Positions 12,001 to 24,200 of a stretch of 64,000 nucleotides of DNA are shown here, piece by piece. Each line of letters opens with the position of its first letter. Within the stretch, counting starts at the first letter, position 1. Position numbers and translations under genes: made by a program. The stretch spans positions 1,054,001 through 1,118,000 of the forward strand of contig CATNEN010000002.1 in the NCBI GenBank assembly GCA_950097015.1, read 5' to 3'. Origin of the DNA: Macrostomum hystrix. Lineage: Eukaryota; Animalia; Platyhelminthes. The notes under the pieces were generated by a model. It did not search any database. It was not told the origin of the DNA and worked only from the letters and a program-made list of their open reading frames with translations.

Positions 12001-15000
12001 CTGATTTTTTTCTGATTTTTTTCTTTTTCTTTGCTTTTCTTTCCTTTTTCGGTCCTTCTCGTTCCTCCGTCTTCTCTATTTTCTCCTTCCGACTCTTCTT
12101 TCTCCTTCTCCTCCTCCTCCTCCTCCTCGTCCGAGTTGGCACCAGGGTGCCTCACTGTTCTATTGTTTATAGAGGTGTGATCCGTGGTTAGTGGGTCACC
12201 ACTCTGTTGGAGGGGGTTTTTCCCACGGACCTCAGATGTTACTCTGAGTCCGCGGGCTCCCCCCCCTGGCTTCTTCTTTGCCAGCCGATTCCTCGGACTG
12301 TCCGCTTGGCACTTGCGCTTGCGCGCGAATGTGGGAAGCCGTTCGCCAAGCTGCCGGAAGAGTCGCTAGAGGCTGCGGCTTCGTCGTCGTCGTCACTGTC
12401 GTCGTCCTCCTTGGCGTCAACGTCACCGCCGTCAAGGTCAAGTTCCTTGGCGCTGTCAAGGTCACCGCCGCCTTCTTCATCACCGGCTTCCTTCCTTCCG
12501 CCCTTGTTCCTTCCAGTGCGACCGCTGGGTGTCACTTTGAGTGGTGACTTCAATTTTCGGGCAGCACAGAAGGCAGTGCGCTTGAAAATCGTGGCATAGG
12601 ACTTCTTCGGAAATTCCTCAGGGAACTTTAGCCCACTTATAAAAGCCTTAATGGCGAACTTTTTCTTCTTAGATACTTCCGGCTTCGGCGGCGGACCATC
12701 CTTTTTTGTCTTGCGGCCGGTGTAGGAACGGGTCGTTAGCTCCTCGGTTGAGAAGACTGCTCGGTACAGGGTCCGGAGCATTTTATCGCCGTCTGTACTG
12801 CTGAAACCTCCCTTCACATAGACAGACACCGCACGCTTGATCTGTTCATAGTCAATGCCATTCAATGCCAACTGACCGCAGTGCATTCAGCTGCTCCACT
12901 AGCTAATATTTAAAGGACAAGCTGGGAGCAAGTAGAATGTATTGTCACAAAATACGGTCACAGTGAACGGTCACATGGTGACCCTGAACATAACGGTCAC
13001 AAAATACGGTCACAGTGAACGGTCACATGGTGACCCTGAACATAACGGTCACAAAATACGGTCACAGTGAACGGTCACATGGTGACCCTGAACATAACGG
13101 TCACAAAATACGGTCACAGTGAACGGTCACATGGTGACCCTGAACATAACGGTCACAAAATACGGTCACAATGAACGGTCACATGGTGACCCGGACAAAT
13201 GGTCACATTTTATGGACACCAAGTGGTAACATGAGACCATGGCGGTCACAAAACGTGGTCACTAACGGTAACATGTGACCATGACAGTCACAACAACGGT
13301 CACAGCCCCTTTTTTGTGACCATTCCGTTTTATACGGGCTAGCTTTTAACAAGACAACCAAGACCCATTGGTTTAGTGTACTCACTAAAGTACACTAGCT
13401 GTTATTCACAAAAGTACACTGGCTGTTATTCACTTAACTACACTTGCCGTTACTCACTAAAGTACACTTGCTGTTACTCACTAAAGTACACTTGCTGTTA
13501 CTCACTAAAGTACACTGGCTGTTACTATTATAAGGAGCTATAATGAAGCTCCTTATAGCTTCATCACTCACTAAAGTACACTGGCTGTTACTCACTAAAG
13601 TACACTAGCTGTTACTCAGTAAAGTACACTGGCTGTTACTCACTATAGTACACTGGCTATTACTCAATAAAATACACTAGCTATTACTCAATAAAATACA
13701 CTAGCTGTTACTCAGTAAAGTACACTAGCTGTTACTTAGTAAAGTACACTGGCTGTTACTCACTATAGTACACTGGCTATTACTCAATAAAATACACTAG
13801 CTATTACTCAGTAAAATACACTAGCTGTTACTCAGTAAAGTACACTAGCTGTTACTCAATAAAATACACAAGCTGTTACTCAGTAAAGTACACTGGCTGT
13901 TACTCACTATAGTACACTGGCTATTACTCAATAAAATACACTAGCTGTTACTCAGTAAAATACACTAGCTGTTACTCAGTAAAGTACACTAGCTGTTACT
14001 CAGTAAAGTACACTAGCTGTTACTCAGTAAAATACACTAGCTGTTACTCAGTAAAGTACACTAGCTGTTACTCAATAAAGTACACTAGCTGTTACTCAGT
14101 AAAGTACACTAGCTGTTACTCACTATAGTACACTGGCTATTACTCAATAAAATACACTAGCTGTTACTCAGTAAAATACACTAGCTGTTACTCAGTAAAG
14201 TACACTAGCTGTTACTCAATAAAGTACACTAGCTGTTACTCAGTAAAGTACACTAGCTGTTACTCACTATAGTACACTGGCTATTACTCAATAAAATACA
14301 CTAGCTGTTACTCAGTAAAATACACTAGCTGTTACTCAATAAAATACACTAGCTGTTACTCAGTAAAATACACTAGCTGTTACTCAGTAAAGTACACTAG
14401 CTGTTACTCAATAAAGTACACTAGCTGTTACTCAGTAAAGTACACTAGCTGTTACTCAGTAAAATACACTAGCTGTTACTCAATAAAGTACACTAGCTGT
14501 TACTCAATAAAGTACACTAGCTATTACTCAATAAAATACACTAGCTGTTACTCAGTAAAATACACTAGCTGTTACTCAGTAAAGTACACTAGCTGTTACT
14601 CAATAAAGTACACTAGCTGTTACTCAGTAAAGTACACTAGCTGTTACTTTCTATGGTCAATTGGCTGTTACTTTAGCAAATTGATAAAGTAAAGTAATTG
14701 ACAAATTGATTACTTTAGCTGGATTGCTGCTAATCGATAATGTAGTTGGGATGTTAATTCCTACTCGACAAAAAATGACCTGCAGCTCACCACAGCAATA
14801 ACAGGAATTAGAGAGCCCAAGCATTCGGTAACTTTGCGTCGAACGGCCTTCAAATCAGTTAGCCTATTCCTAGCTTCTAAATCGAGCAGCACAAACAGTT
14901 CGAGCAGTCGGCCCAGCAGGTCGTAGAGGCTCTCCTCGCCGGTGACGCTGGCGGCCATATTGGCGTAGGCGTTGATCACATGATTGAGCAGAGTCTGACT

Positions 15001-15166
15001 CGAGGCCGGGTCGGACAGTGAATGGCGAACGGAGAGTTCGCTAAATAGGCTCAGGATTTGATGATCCACTGTGGGCTGTAGATTTTATGTATGAGATTGG
15101 TTCCACTTTTATTAAAAAGCGAATACTCGAAACTATGAAACATATGCATTAGACAATATTGATAAT

Positions 15167-15203
<37 letters not shown>

Positions 15204-18200
15204 TTTATAATTATAATTATAATTATGACAGATGTACTGCCGACATTACAGCCGCAGCTATCTGTAAGGCTGCGTACGGCAGTTTAGTTCATGGACATTG
15301 CACACTCAATAACCTGCTTCGGCTTATAAATTTGGCTTCAACCAATCAGAATCGACCACAACCAATCAGAGTCTAATACAACCACCCAGAATCAGCCACA
15401 ATAAATTAGAATCGACTACAGCCGATCATAATTGACCAAAACCAATCAGAATCGATCACAACCAATCAGAATCGACCACAACCAATTAGAATCGACCACA
15501 ACCAATCAGAATCGACCACAACCAATCAGAATCGACCACAACCAATCAGAGTCTAATACAACCACCCAGAATCAGCCACAATAAATAAGAATCGACTACA
15601 GCCGATTATAATTGACCAAAACCAATCAGAATCTATCACAACCAATCAGAATCGACCACAACCAATCAGAATCGACCACAACCAATCAGAGTCTAATACA
15701 ACCACCCAGAATCAGCCACAATAAATTAGAATCGACTACAGCCGATTATAATTGACCAAAACCAATCAGAATCGATCACAACCAATCAGAATCGACCACA
15801 ACCAATTAAAATCGACAACAACCAATCAGAATCGACAACAACCAATCAGAATCGACAACAACCAATTAAAATCGACCACAACCAATCAGAATCGACCACA
15901 ACCAATCAGAATCGACCACAACCACCCAGAATCAGCCAAAATAAATTAGAATCGACTACAGCCGATTATAATTGAGCAAAACCAATCAGAATCGACCACA
16001 ACCAATCAGAATCGACCACAACCAATTAAAATCGACAACAACCAATCAGAATCGACAACAACCAATCAGAATCGACAACAACTAATCAGAATCGACAACA
16101 ACCAATCAGAATCGACAACAACCAATTAAAATCGACAACAACCAATAAGAACCTTACTACAACTAATCAGATCGATTAAAAAAATATCTTAATCACAAAA
16201 TCCAAACGCAAGCACATCAAACTTACGCAACCGGCAATGATGAGACAGCCCAGCTGATCGATAATAGTGCCGCCCAGATCAACTGGCAGCCGTTGAGTTT
16301 GCACCTGTTGCAGACTCTGCTGAAAGAACTGCACCACAGCCTCCTGGGTGCGACTGCCGCGATTGTCTTCTGAACAGTTGCGCAACTCAACAGCCACCCG
16401 GCCCAGCGCCAGAATGGTGTTCACGTACATCAGGTTCGTGTCCCTGGTGAGGTCAACTTTATCATTACTTAATGGCACTAAATACACCGACATTTCTTCA
16501 TCACGCTTTCTAATCTCTTCAACATCATCAAATATAACCCTTCATCGTTCTTGGATTTCGTCCCTCATCCTTCTCCGAATAATCCTAGATTGCTCCTTAT
16601 ATCTTCCCATATACTCGTATCTCCCAACACCATGCCCATATATTTCCCAACACCATGCCCATATATTTCCCTACACCATGCCCATATATTTCCCTACACC
16701 ATGCCCATATATTTCCCTACACCATGCCCATATATTTCCCAACACCATGGCCATATATTTCCCTACACCATGCCCATATATTTCCCAACACCATGCCCAT
16801 ATATTTCCCAACACCATGCCCATATATTTCCCAACACCATGCCCATATATTTCCCAACACCATGCCCATATATTTCCCAACACCATGCCCATATATTTCC
16901 CAACACCATGCCCATATATTTCCCAACACCATGCCCATATATTTCCCAACACCATGCCCATATATTTCCCAACACCATGCCCATATATTTTCCTACACCA
17001 TGCCCATATATTTCCCTGCACCATGCCCATATATTTCCCTACACCATGTCCATATATTTCCCAACACCATGCCCATATATTTCCCAACACCATGCCCATA
17101 TATTTCCCAACACCATGCCCATATATTTCCCTACACCATGTCCATATATTTCCCAACACCATGCCCATATATTTTCCTACACCATGCCCATATATTTCCC
17201 AACACCATGCCTATATATTTCCCTACACCATGCCCATATATTTCCCTACACCATGCCCATATATTTCCCTACACCATGCCCATATATTTCCCTACACCAT
17301 GCCCATATATTTCCCTACACCATATTCATCTACAATTATGTCGCTATACACTTTATTGCCACTCCATTTTGTTAATTATAATTAATTACTATATGTATTA
17401 ATACTGGAAAATCCCATTTATATTGACTATCGACTCGCATTCACTAGAAAAGCCCCCCTACCTCGTAGACTCCACCGCCAGAAAGAATCTGGCACTAACA
17501 GACGCCAGAAAGAAATCAATGAGAGCCGGCTCAATCATCAGCACTCGGCATAGGCTGGCGATGGCCGTGTCGCGAACTCGATGCAACAGCTGGCTAGCCA
17601 AGTCGCGTCTAGCCGCTGCTGCCGCCGAGAGACTTTTAGCGCTAGACGCTGCAGTAGCCGCCGACTCTCTCGATCTGGCAGCATCCAGGCGGCTGAGAAT
17701 TCTCGATGGCAATAGTAGAAAGTCATTCAGACAGTCCAGCACCTCCTTGGCGATGGCATTGAATCGTTGGGCTAACCGGCCCACGCCATAAAGTACAGCC
17801 AGCAAGTGGCTGGAACTCCCCAGAGCATGCTTGCGTGACTCGTCCTTGGCCCAGCAGATCAGATTGTTGGCCAGGGAGTCCACGTCTTCCGGCCTGTTGG
17901 ATGAAGCATGTGGAGGTGAGGTGTGAAAAGTAATGAGCAAGGACGGGTCATACAGTTTCATGAATAATGAGCAATGACGGGTCATACAGATTCGTGATTA
18001 ATAAACAATGACCGGTCATCAGTTACATTTTGGTGAGTAATGAGCAATGAGAGGTCATACAGTTTGATGAATATTGAGCAATGACAGGTCATACAGTTTG
18101 ATGAGTAATGAGCAATGAGAGGTCATACTGTTTGGTGTGTAATGAGCAATAACGGGTCATACAGATTAGACTGATGAGCAATGACGGGTCATACAGATTT

Positions 18201-21200
18201 GTGGCTAATGAGCTATGATAGGTCATACATTTTGGTGAGTAATGAGCAATGACAGGTCATAAAGTTTGATGAGTAATGAGCAATGAGAGGTCATACAGAT
18301 TAGACTGATGAGCAATGACGGGTCATACAGATTAGTGATTGATGAGTATTGAAGGGTCACACAGATTAGAGACTGATGGGCAATGATAGGTCATACAGAC
18401 TGGTGACTGATGAGCAATGATGGGTCACACAGATTACAGTGACAAGTACTCACCGGCTAACCAAGCAAACCAGAGCCGGTACGCATGCGGCGCTACATTC
18501 AACAGCCAGGCCGAAGGGGCTGACGCAGTTGCTGTGCGCCAGCCTCTCGGACTCTCGGCCATAGAGTGTGCTGATCTGCTCATTGGACTCTTTGTAGGCG
18601 GCCATTACCAGAGACTGCAGGCGTTGGGTGAGGCCCTCGCTGAGGTGGGCGTGCTGGGCGCGGACAATATCTCGCACTAGCAGCAGATAGGCCAGGAGTA
18701 CCGGGCGGTAGAGGGTGAAGTACGGGTACCAGTGCGGTCGGTAGGGTCGCACGTGTACGTCAAAGTATTCATTTGATGATGCGTGACTGCTGGCATCCGT
18801 TAAGGAGCGAAGCAGGTCGCAGATCTGCAGAAATTGGAAAATTTTAGAATTGTGAAATCCTCATCCTTGATCTAAAATGAATTTAACCTAACGTGTGGAT
18901 CTGGGGTGATAGAATCCCAACCTGTGGATCTGGGATGATAGAATCCCAACCTGTGGATCTGGGATGATAGAATCCCAACCTGTGGATCTGGGATGAAAGA
19001 ATCCCAATATGGGGATATTGGATGATAGAATTCCAATCTGTAGATTTGGGATAAACAAAAATCCCAACCCGTGGATCTGGGATGATAGAATCCCAACCTG
19101 TGGATCTGGGATGAAAGAATCCCAATATGGGGATATTGGATGATAGAATCCCAATCTGTAGATTTGGGATAAACAAAAATCCCAACCCGTGGATCTGGGA
19201 TGATAGAATCCCAACCTGTGGATCTGGGATGATAGAATCCCAACCTGTGGATCTGGGATGATATAATCCCAACCTGTGGATCTGGGATGATAGAATCCCA
19301 ACCTGTGGATCTAGGATGATAGAATCCCAATCTGTGGATCTGGGATGATAGAATCCCAACCTGTGGATCTGGGATGATAGAATCCCAATCCGTAGATCTG
19401 GGATGATAGAATCCCAACCTGATGATCTGGGATGATAGAATCCCAACCTGATGATCTGGGATGATAGAATCCCAACCTGATTATCTGGGATGATAGAATC
19501 CCAACCTGATGATCTGGGATGATAGAATCCCAACCTGATGATCTGGGATGATAGAATCCCAACCTGATGATCTGGGATGATAGAATCCCAATCCGTAGAT
19601 CTGGGATGATAGAATCCCAACCTGTGGATCTAGGATGATAGAATCCCAATATGGGGATATTGGATGATAGAATCCCAATCTGTAGATCTGGGATAAACAA
19701 AAATCCCAACCCGTGGATCTGGGATGATAGAATTTAAATTTGGGAACAGGGATGAAAGAATCGCAACCTGTAGATCTGGGAAGATATAATCCCAATCTGT
19801 AGATCTGGGATGATAGAATCTTAACCCTAGGGATATAGCAAGGCAGCATTAACCCATCACTCACGCTTTCAATCTCTGTCTCGTTGAAGACCAGCATGAA
19901 ATCAGTTGCTGATGCCAGCACGGAGCCTTCAACCAGGGCCAAATAGTTGGAATAGGTGGAGCAGGCTCGGTCAAACAGGTAGGCGCCCAGGTCTGGAACC
20001 TCCTCTTTGTTACAGTCGGCGATGAAAGTTCTATTACTGTTCGTCTGGCCATCCAAAGTGTCCGTTGGCGACTTGGGCGACATGGATTGCTCATGCGGCA
20101 GCGACACTGGACGGTGAATTTGAGTATTACAATTCTTTATGTCTTGTCGAGAGAGACAACTGGTTCTTCTCACTAGGTTGAGATTCGAACTCAGGACCTC
20201 CTCTGATCGGGGTCCAAAGCTCGAACCACTGGCATGAAACAAATTTAGGATAGTCGACTACTACATATACTACTACTAATATACTACTACTAAAAATAAT
20301 CAAATTTCAACAGGACACAATTAGCTCTCCCCGGGCTGAGATTCGAACTAAGGACCCCGTCTGCTTGTCTCACGTGTACGTCACGGGACGAGACTAATTA
20401 AGGATAGACGAAAAATAATTAATTTCACTCACTAGGCCGCAGCAGCGAATCCTGGGAAGCCATGATAGAATGCGACACGGATCTAGGCAGGATGGGTTTG
20501 AATGCATCGAATGGTCGCTGCGACTGCAGCACTAACTCGCCGTTGCAGTCGAATTCGTCGCATTGATGAGCCTGCGAGAATCCGTTTGACGCGGCCTCGG
20601 CTGCAGTTCGACAGTTGGCACCGGCGGCAAGGAGGGAGGGCGGCGGGAACAGAGCGGTTGTCAGGGCCGACTCGTCAGCGGTGCTCACGCGGCCGAAGGC
20701 GCGAAGGATGCCCAGTAGGCAGGGCAGGTGGTGGAAGCAGACGCGCTCTGGTTGCATAACATTTGACGGGTGGCAAAATAGAGATTCACTATTAGTCTGT
20801 CTCACCTGTGACTGCAGCAGGTAACCAACTACCCTGCCAGACACCTACTGTGTCTCACCTGTGACTGCAGCAGGTGACCAACTACCCTGCCAGACACCTA
20901 CTGTGTCTCACCTGTGACTGCAGCAGGTGACCAACTACCCTGCCAGACACCTACTGTGTCTCACCTGTGACTGCAGATACCAGATAGCCTGACACCTACT
21001 GTGTCTGACCAGTGACCGCAGATACCACATAGCCTGACACCTACTGTGTCTGATCAGTGACCGCAGATACCACATAGCCTGACACCTACTGTGTCTGATC
21101 AGTGACCGCAGATACCACATAGCCTGACACCTACTGTGTCTGATCAGTGACCGCAGATACCACATAGCCTGACACCTACTGTGTCTGATCAGTGACCGCA

Positions 21201-24200
21201 GATACCACATAGCCTGACACCTACTGTGTCTGATCAGTGACCGCAGATACCACATAGCCTGACACCTACTGTGTCTGATCAGTGACCGCAGATACCACAT
21301 AGCCTGACACCTACTGTGTCTGATCAGTGACCGCAGATACCACATAGCCTGACACCTACTGTGTCTGATCAGTGACCGCAGATACCACATAGCCTGACAC
21401 CTACTGTGTCTGATCAGTGACCGCAGATACCACATAGCCTGACACCTACTGTGTCTGATCAGTGACCGCAGATACCACATAGCCTGACACCTACTGTGTC
21501 TGATCAGTGACCGCAGATACCATATAGCCTGACACCTACTGTGTCTGACCAGTGACCGCAGATACCACATAGCCTGACACCTACTGTGTCTGACCAGTGA
21601 CCGCAGATACCACATAGCCTGACACCTACTGTGTCTGACCAGTGACCGCAGATACCACATAGCCTGACACCTACTGTGTCTGACCAGTGACCGCAGATAC
21701 CAGATATCACTTACTATCTTTCAGTGAAGTATCAGCCAGTAGCTTGTTGAACGCCCCCAAACTGTCAATCAGGTGTTGCACAATTTCGTCTCTGCGTTTC
21801 CGGCAGCGACTGGCAATCTGGCAGATAATGCTAGTCAGCACGAAGGCGAAATTCTCCGATGGCGGCAGCTCTGTGATTTGAGAAGTCAAAATCTTAGATA
21901 CTTGATAGATGAGAAGAATTATCAAACATAGTAAGATAATAACTCACTGTGAATGTATACACCCGATGGCGGATCTTCCCAACTGCTGCCAGCTAACGAA
22001 TCGAACACTTCAAACAGCCTTGGCAGTAATTTATCAAGCATCTATGAATTTAAAAAAACATTGAATAGTTAAATCACATTAACTAAAGAAGTGACGGGCG
22101 GTATTTTAATTGATAGTCAACTTACAGCCAAGTTGGACTCCAATAGAAATATGCCAGTTGCTATGATTGCATTCTCGCCCTGACCATTGAAGACAAACTG
22201 ACCAGCTTTAGTCCGATTTGGATAGTAGCTAAGGATGCGATTCACCTGTAGTAATTTGTGAGGTCAGTTACAAAATAAATATAGTTAAGTAACAAATTTA
22301 TTTATAGTTAGAAGTGAAAATTTCAAAGAAATACAGTTCTAGAAATAAAAAGCCTAGGCTATTGAGCACCATTGAGTCAAATTTAACCTGCAAATTAAAT
22401 TTAAATTTAAATTTAGTCTACAAGCCTGACATATTTTCCTTATACTCAGAGTTTTTAGTCTGAACTGATCTGCTTTTATAACCAAAAGTTATATATTATT
22501 TATTATTTAACTGTATATGCATACTATGCATTATTTATACTCACAAATTATAAAACACAGACAATACTTTAATTTTTTCTAAACAATTGTGTAATTAGAA
22601 ATGACAAGAGATATTCTTTTTATCAAATAAGAAAAATCGAACATTCTAATATACTCATTTAAAACAAAACAGGCTTTAAGACTAACTATGGCACATATAT
22701 TACTAGAAGAAGACATATTTGCAATTACTAGTTGCATTTTTTATTATTATCAAAAGAATACATTCAATTTATAACTAAGCCGCATTGAATAGCTATATTA
22801 GCTAATAATGAAATTTCAGGCATGAGTAAATAATTTTTGCATGATCAAATACTAAATATGCTTTTGAATTATCTAGATAGAACAATGTTCTTTTTTATAG
22901 TGCGGCTGATAAACTATACTTTTTTAATTCATGTTTAAATGTGTATTTTTAAGCCGTTTAACACTGTAAAAACCAGATCATATTCAAAAGTAGCCCAGTA
23001 GAATAACCAACTAGAAATTTAGTTAAATAGTTAACTAGTCATAGAAAGATAATTAAGCCCAGTTATTTATCAAGTTTCAGTAGTTTGTTTTCAAGCTTGG
23101 TTTCATAGACAAAATTGATTTTATCACTTCTTGCCTTGCATAAACAAGTAAGAAAAACAATGCTGACTGTCAAACAAACACAATAAATAGTGTTTGTGAC
23201 AATTGTGACCATTTTTTCTATTTCTATAGCTATAACTTGGTTTTCAATAAATATTGACTTAATATAAGTACTGCAATGCCATTTTTTATCATTTAGATTC
23301 TATTTTAATCAACTGGCTTTTGTTAAATATGCTGAATACATTTCAGAATATCTAACAATGGAACTTAAAAGACAAATAAAAAAACTTGGCAATCATTTCT
23401 ATAGTAGCAGTTTCAGACAATACTAAATATTACAACCTATTCCTACATATTCTACTCTGCCAGCTAGCATAGGTGATATATAAAACCAAGTCAACATTGC
23501 ACTACATAGAAAAAATATACCTTATTATAATTTAAACCAACTAAAAGTTTCTGAAGAATAGAAATCAAAGTTCCTACTAATAATTTATTACTACTGACAT
23601 TGACACACTACTATTAACTAGATAAAACAGGAAATTATAGTATAATTGAGCTATATAAGACAATTGTAACCCCTATTGGAATACAATTTCTGATCCTATG
23701 GATATGCAGCTCACATGTTTATACGCAATACACTTAATGTGGCAGACATTTATAGCAAAACTGCTAAATATATACTAAATATACACTAAAGATAACAAAC
23801 TTTCTGGTGGCATAGTGCAGCACGAAAATGTAATACATTTTGACATGGACAGTTGTCCACCATCCTTGCAGTTATTCCAATAGGGATTGCAACTATGCTT
23901 TAGTATTGTTTAATTTACACACTTCTTAACAACTATGCCTCAGAGTTTGAGTCTAATGCCAATAACACATTTACTATTTTGTACCATTAAATTAGTACAG
24001 CTACTTTAAATCAACTATTTACTTCCCCATGGCCCATAGCATAGTTGACATATTTGTTGAATATACTATTCTGTGCTTTACCACAGATTTCAATACGGCA
24101 GAGCTTATTCCCACTGTCCCATGCCAATAATTTAAATTTTATCCACATGGATTCATGCCGATATTTTTCTGCTTATCCATAGGGCAGCTTGTATGAATAG

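Larger units (their letters stand above)
7121..13338 (-). mobile_element. TIR DNA transposon, CMC/EnSpm-like, non-autonomous, carrying a BEN-domain gene
   Basis: Left end CCCGTATAAAACGAAATGGTCACAAAAAAGGG and right end CCCTTTTTTGTGACCATTCCGTTTTATACGGG are inverted repeats. 3-bp TSD CTA at 7118-7120 and 13339-13341. 52-bp GGTCAC/GTGACC-rich subterminal repeats in inverted orientation at about 7200-7430 and 12945-13200. No transposase inside. Confidence 0.85.

Noticed and set aside
8477-12004. Many plus-strand hydrophobic ORFs
   Set aside because: Antisense shadows of the purine-rich LINE ORF
16444-16590. Apparent upstream extension of PI4KA exon 9 with an in-frame TGA (possible readthrough)
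   Set aside because: The acceptor caccag at 16444 gives a gap-free match to the recalled human sequence, so the extension is intronic
16348-17401. Six overlapping long ORFs on both strands
   Set aside because: Artefact of a stop-free 23-bp repeat inside a PI4KA intron
18165-18420. CTGATGAG motifs in the repeat as possible hammerheads
   Set aside because: There is no downstream GAAA core or stem II
18872-19709. Overlapping GFYHPRSTGWDSII ORFs
   Set aside because: Translation of the 29-bp minisatellite
20935-21660. 241-aa ORF of 15-aa repeats on the PI4KA strand
   Set aside because: 45-bp minisatellite; the upstream exon frame hits TGA right after the donor, and exons 4-5 join correctly without it
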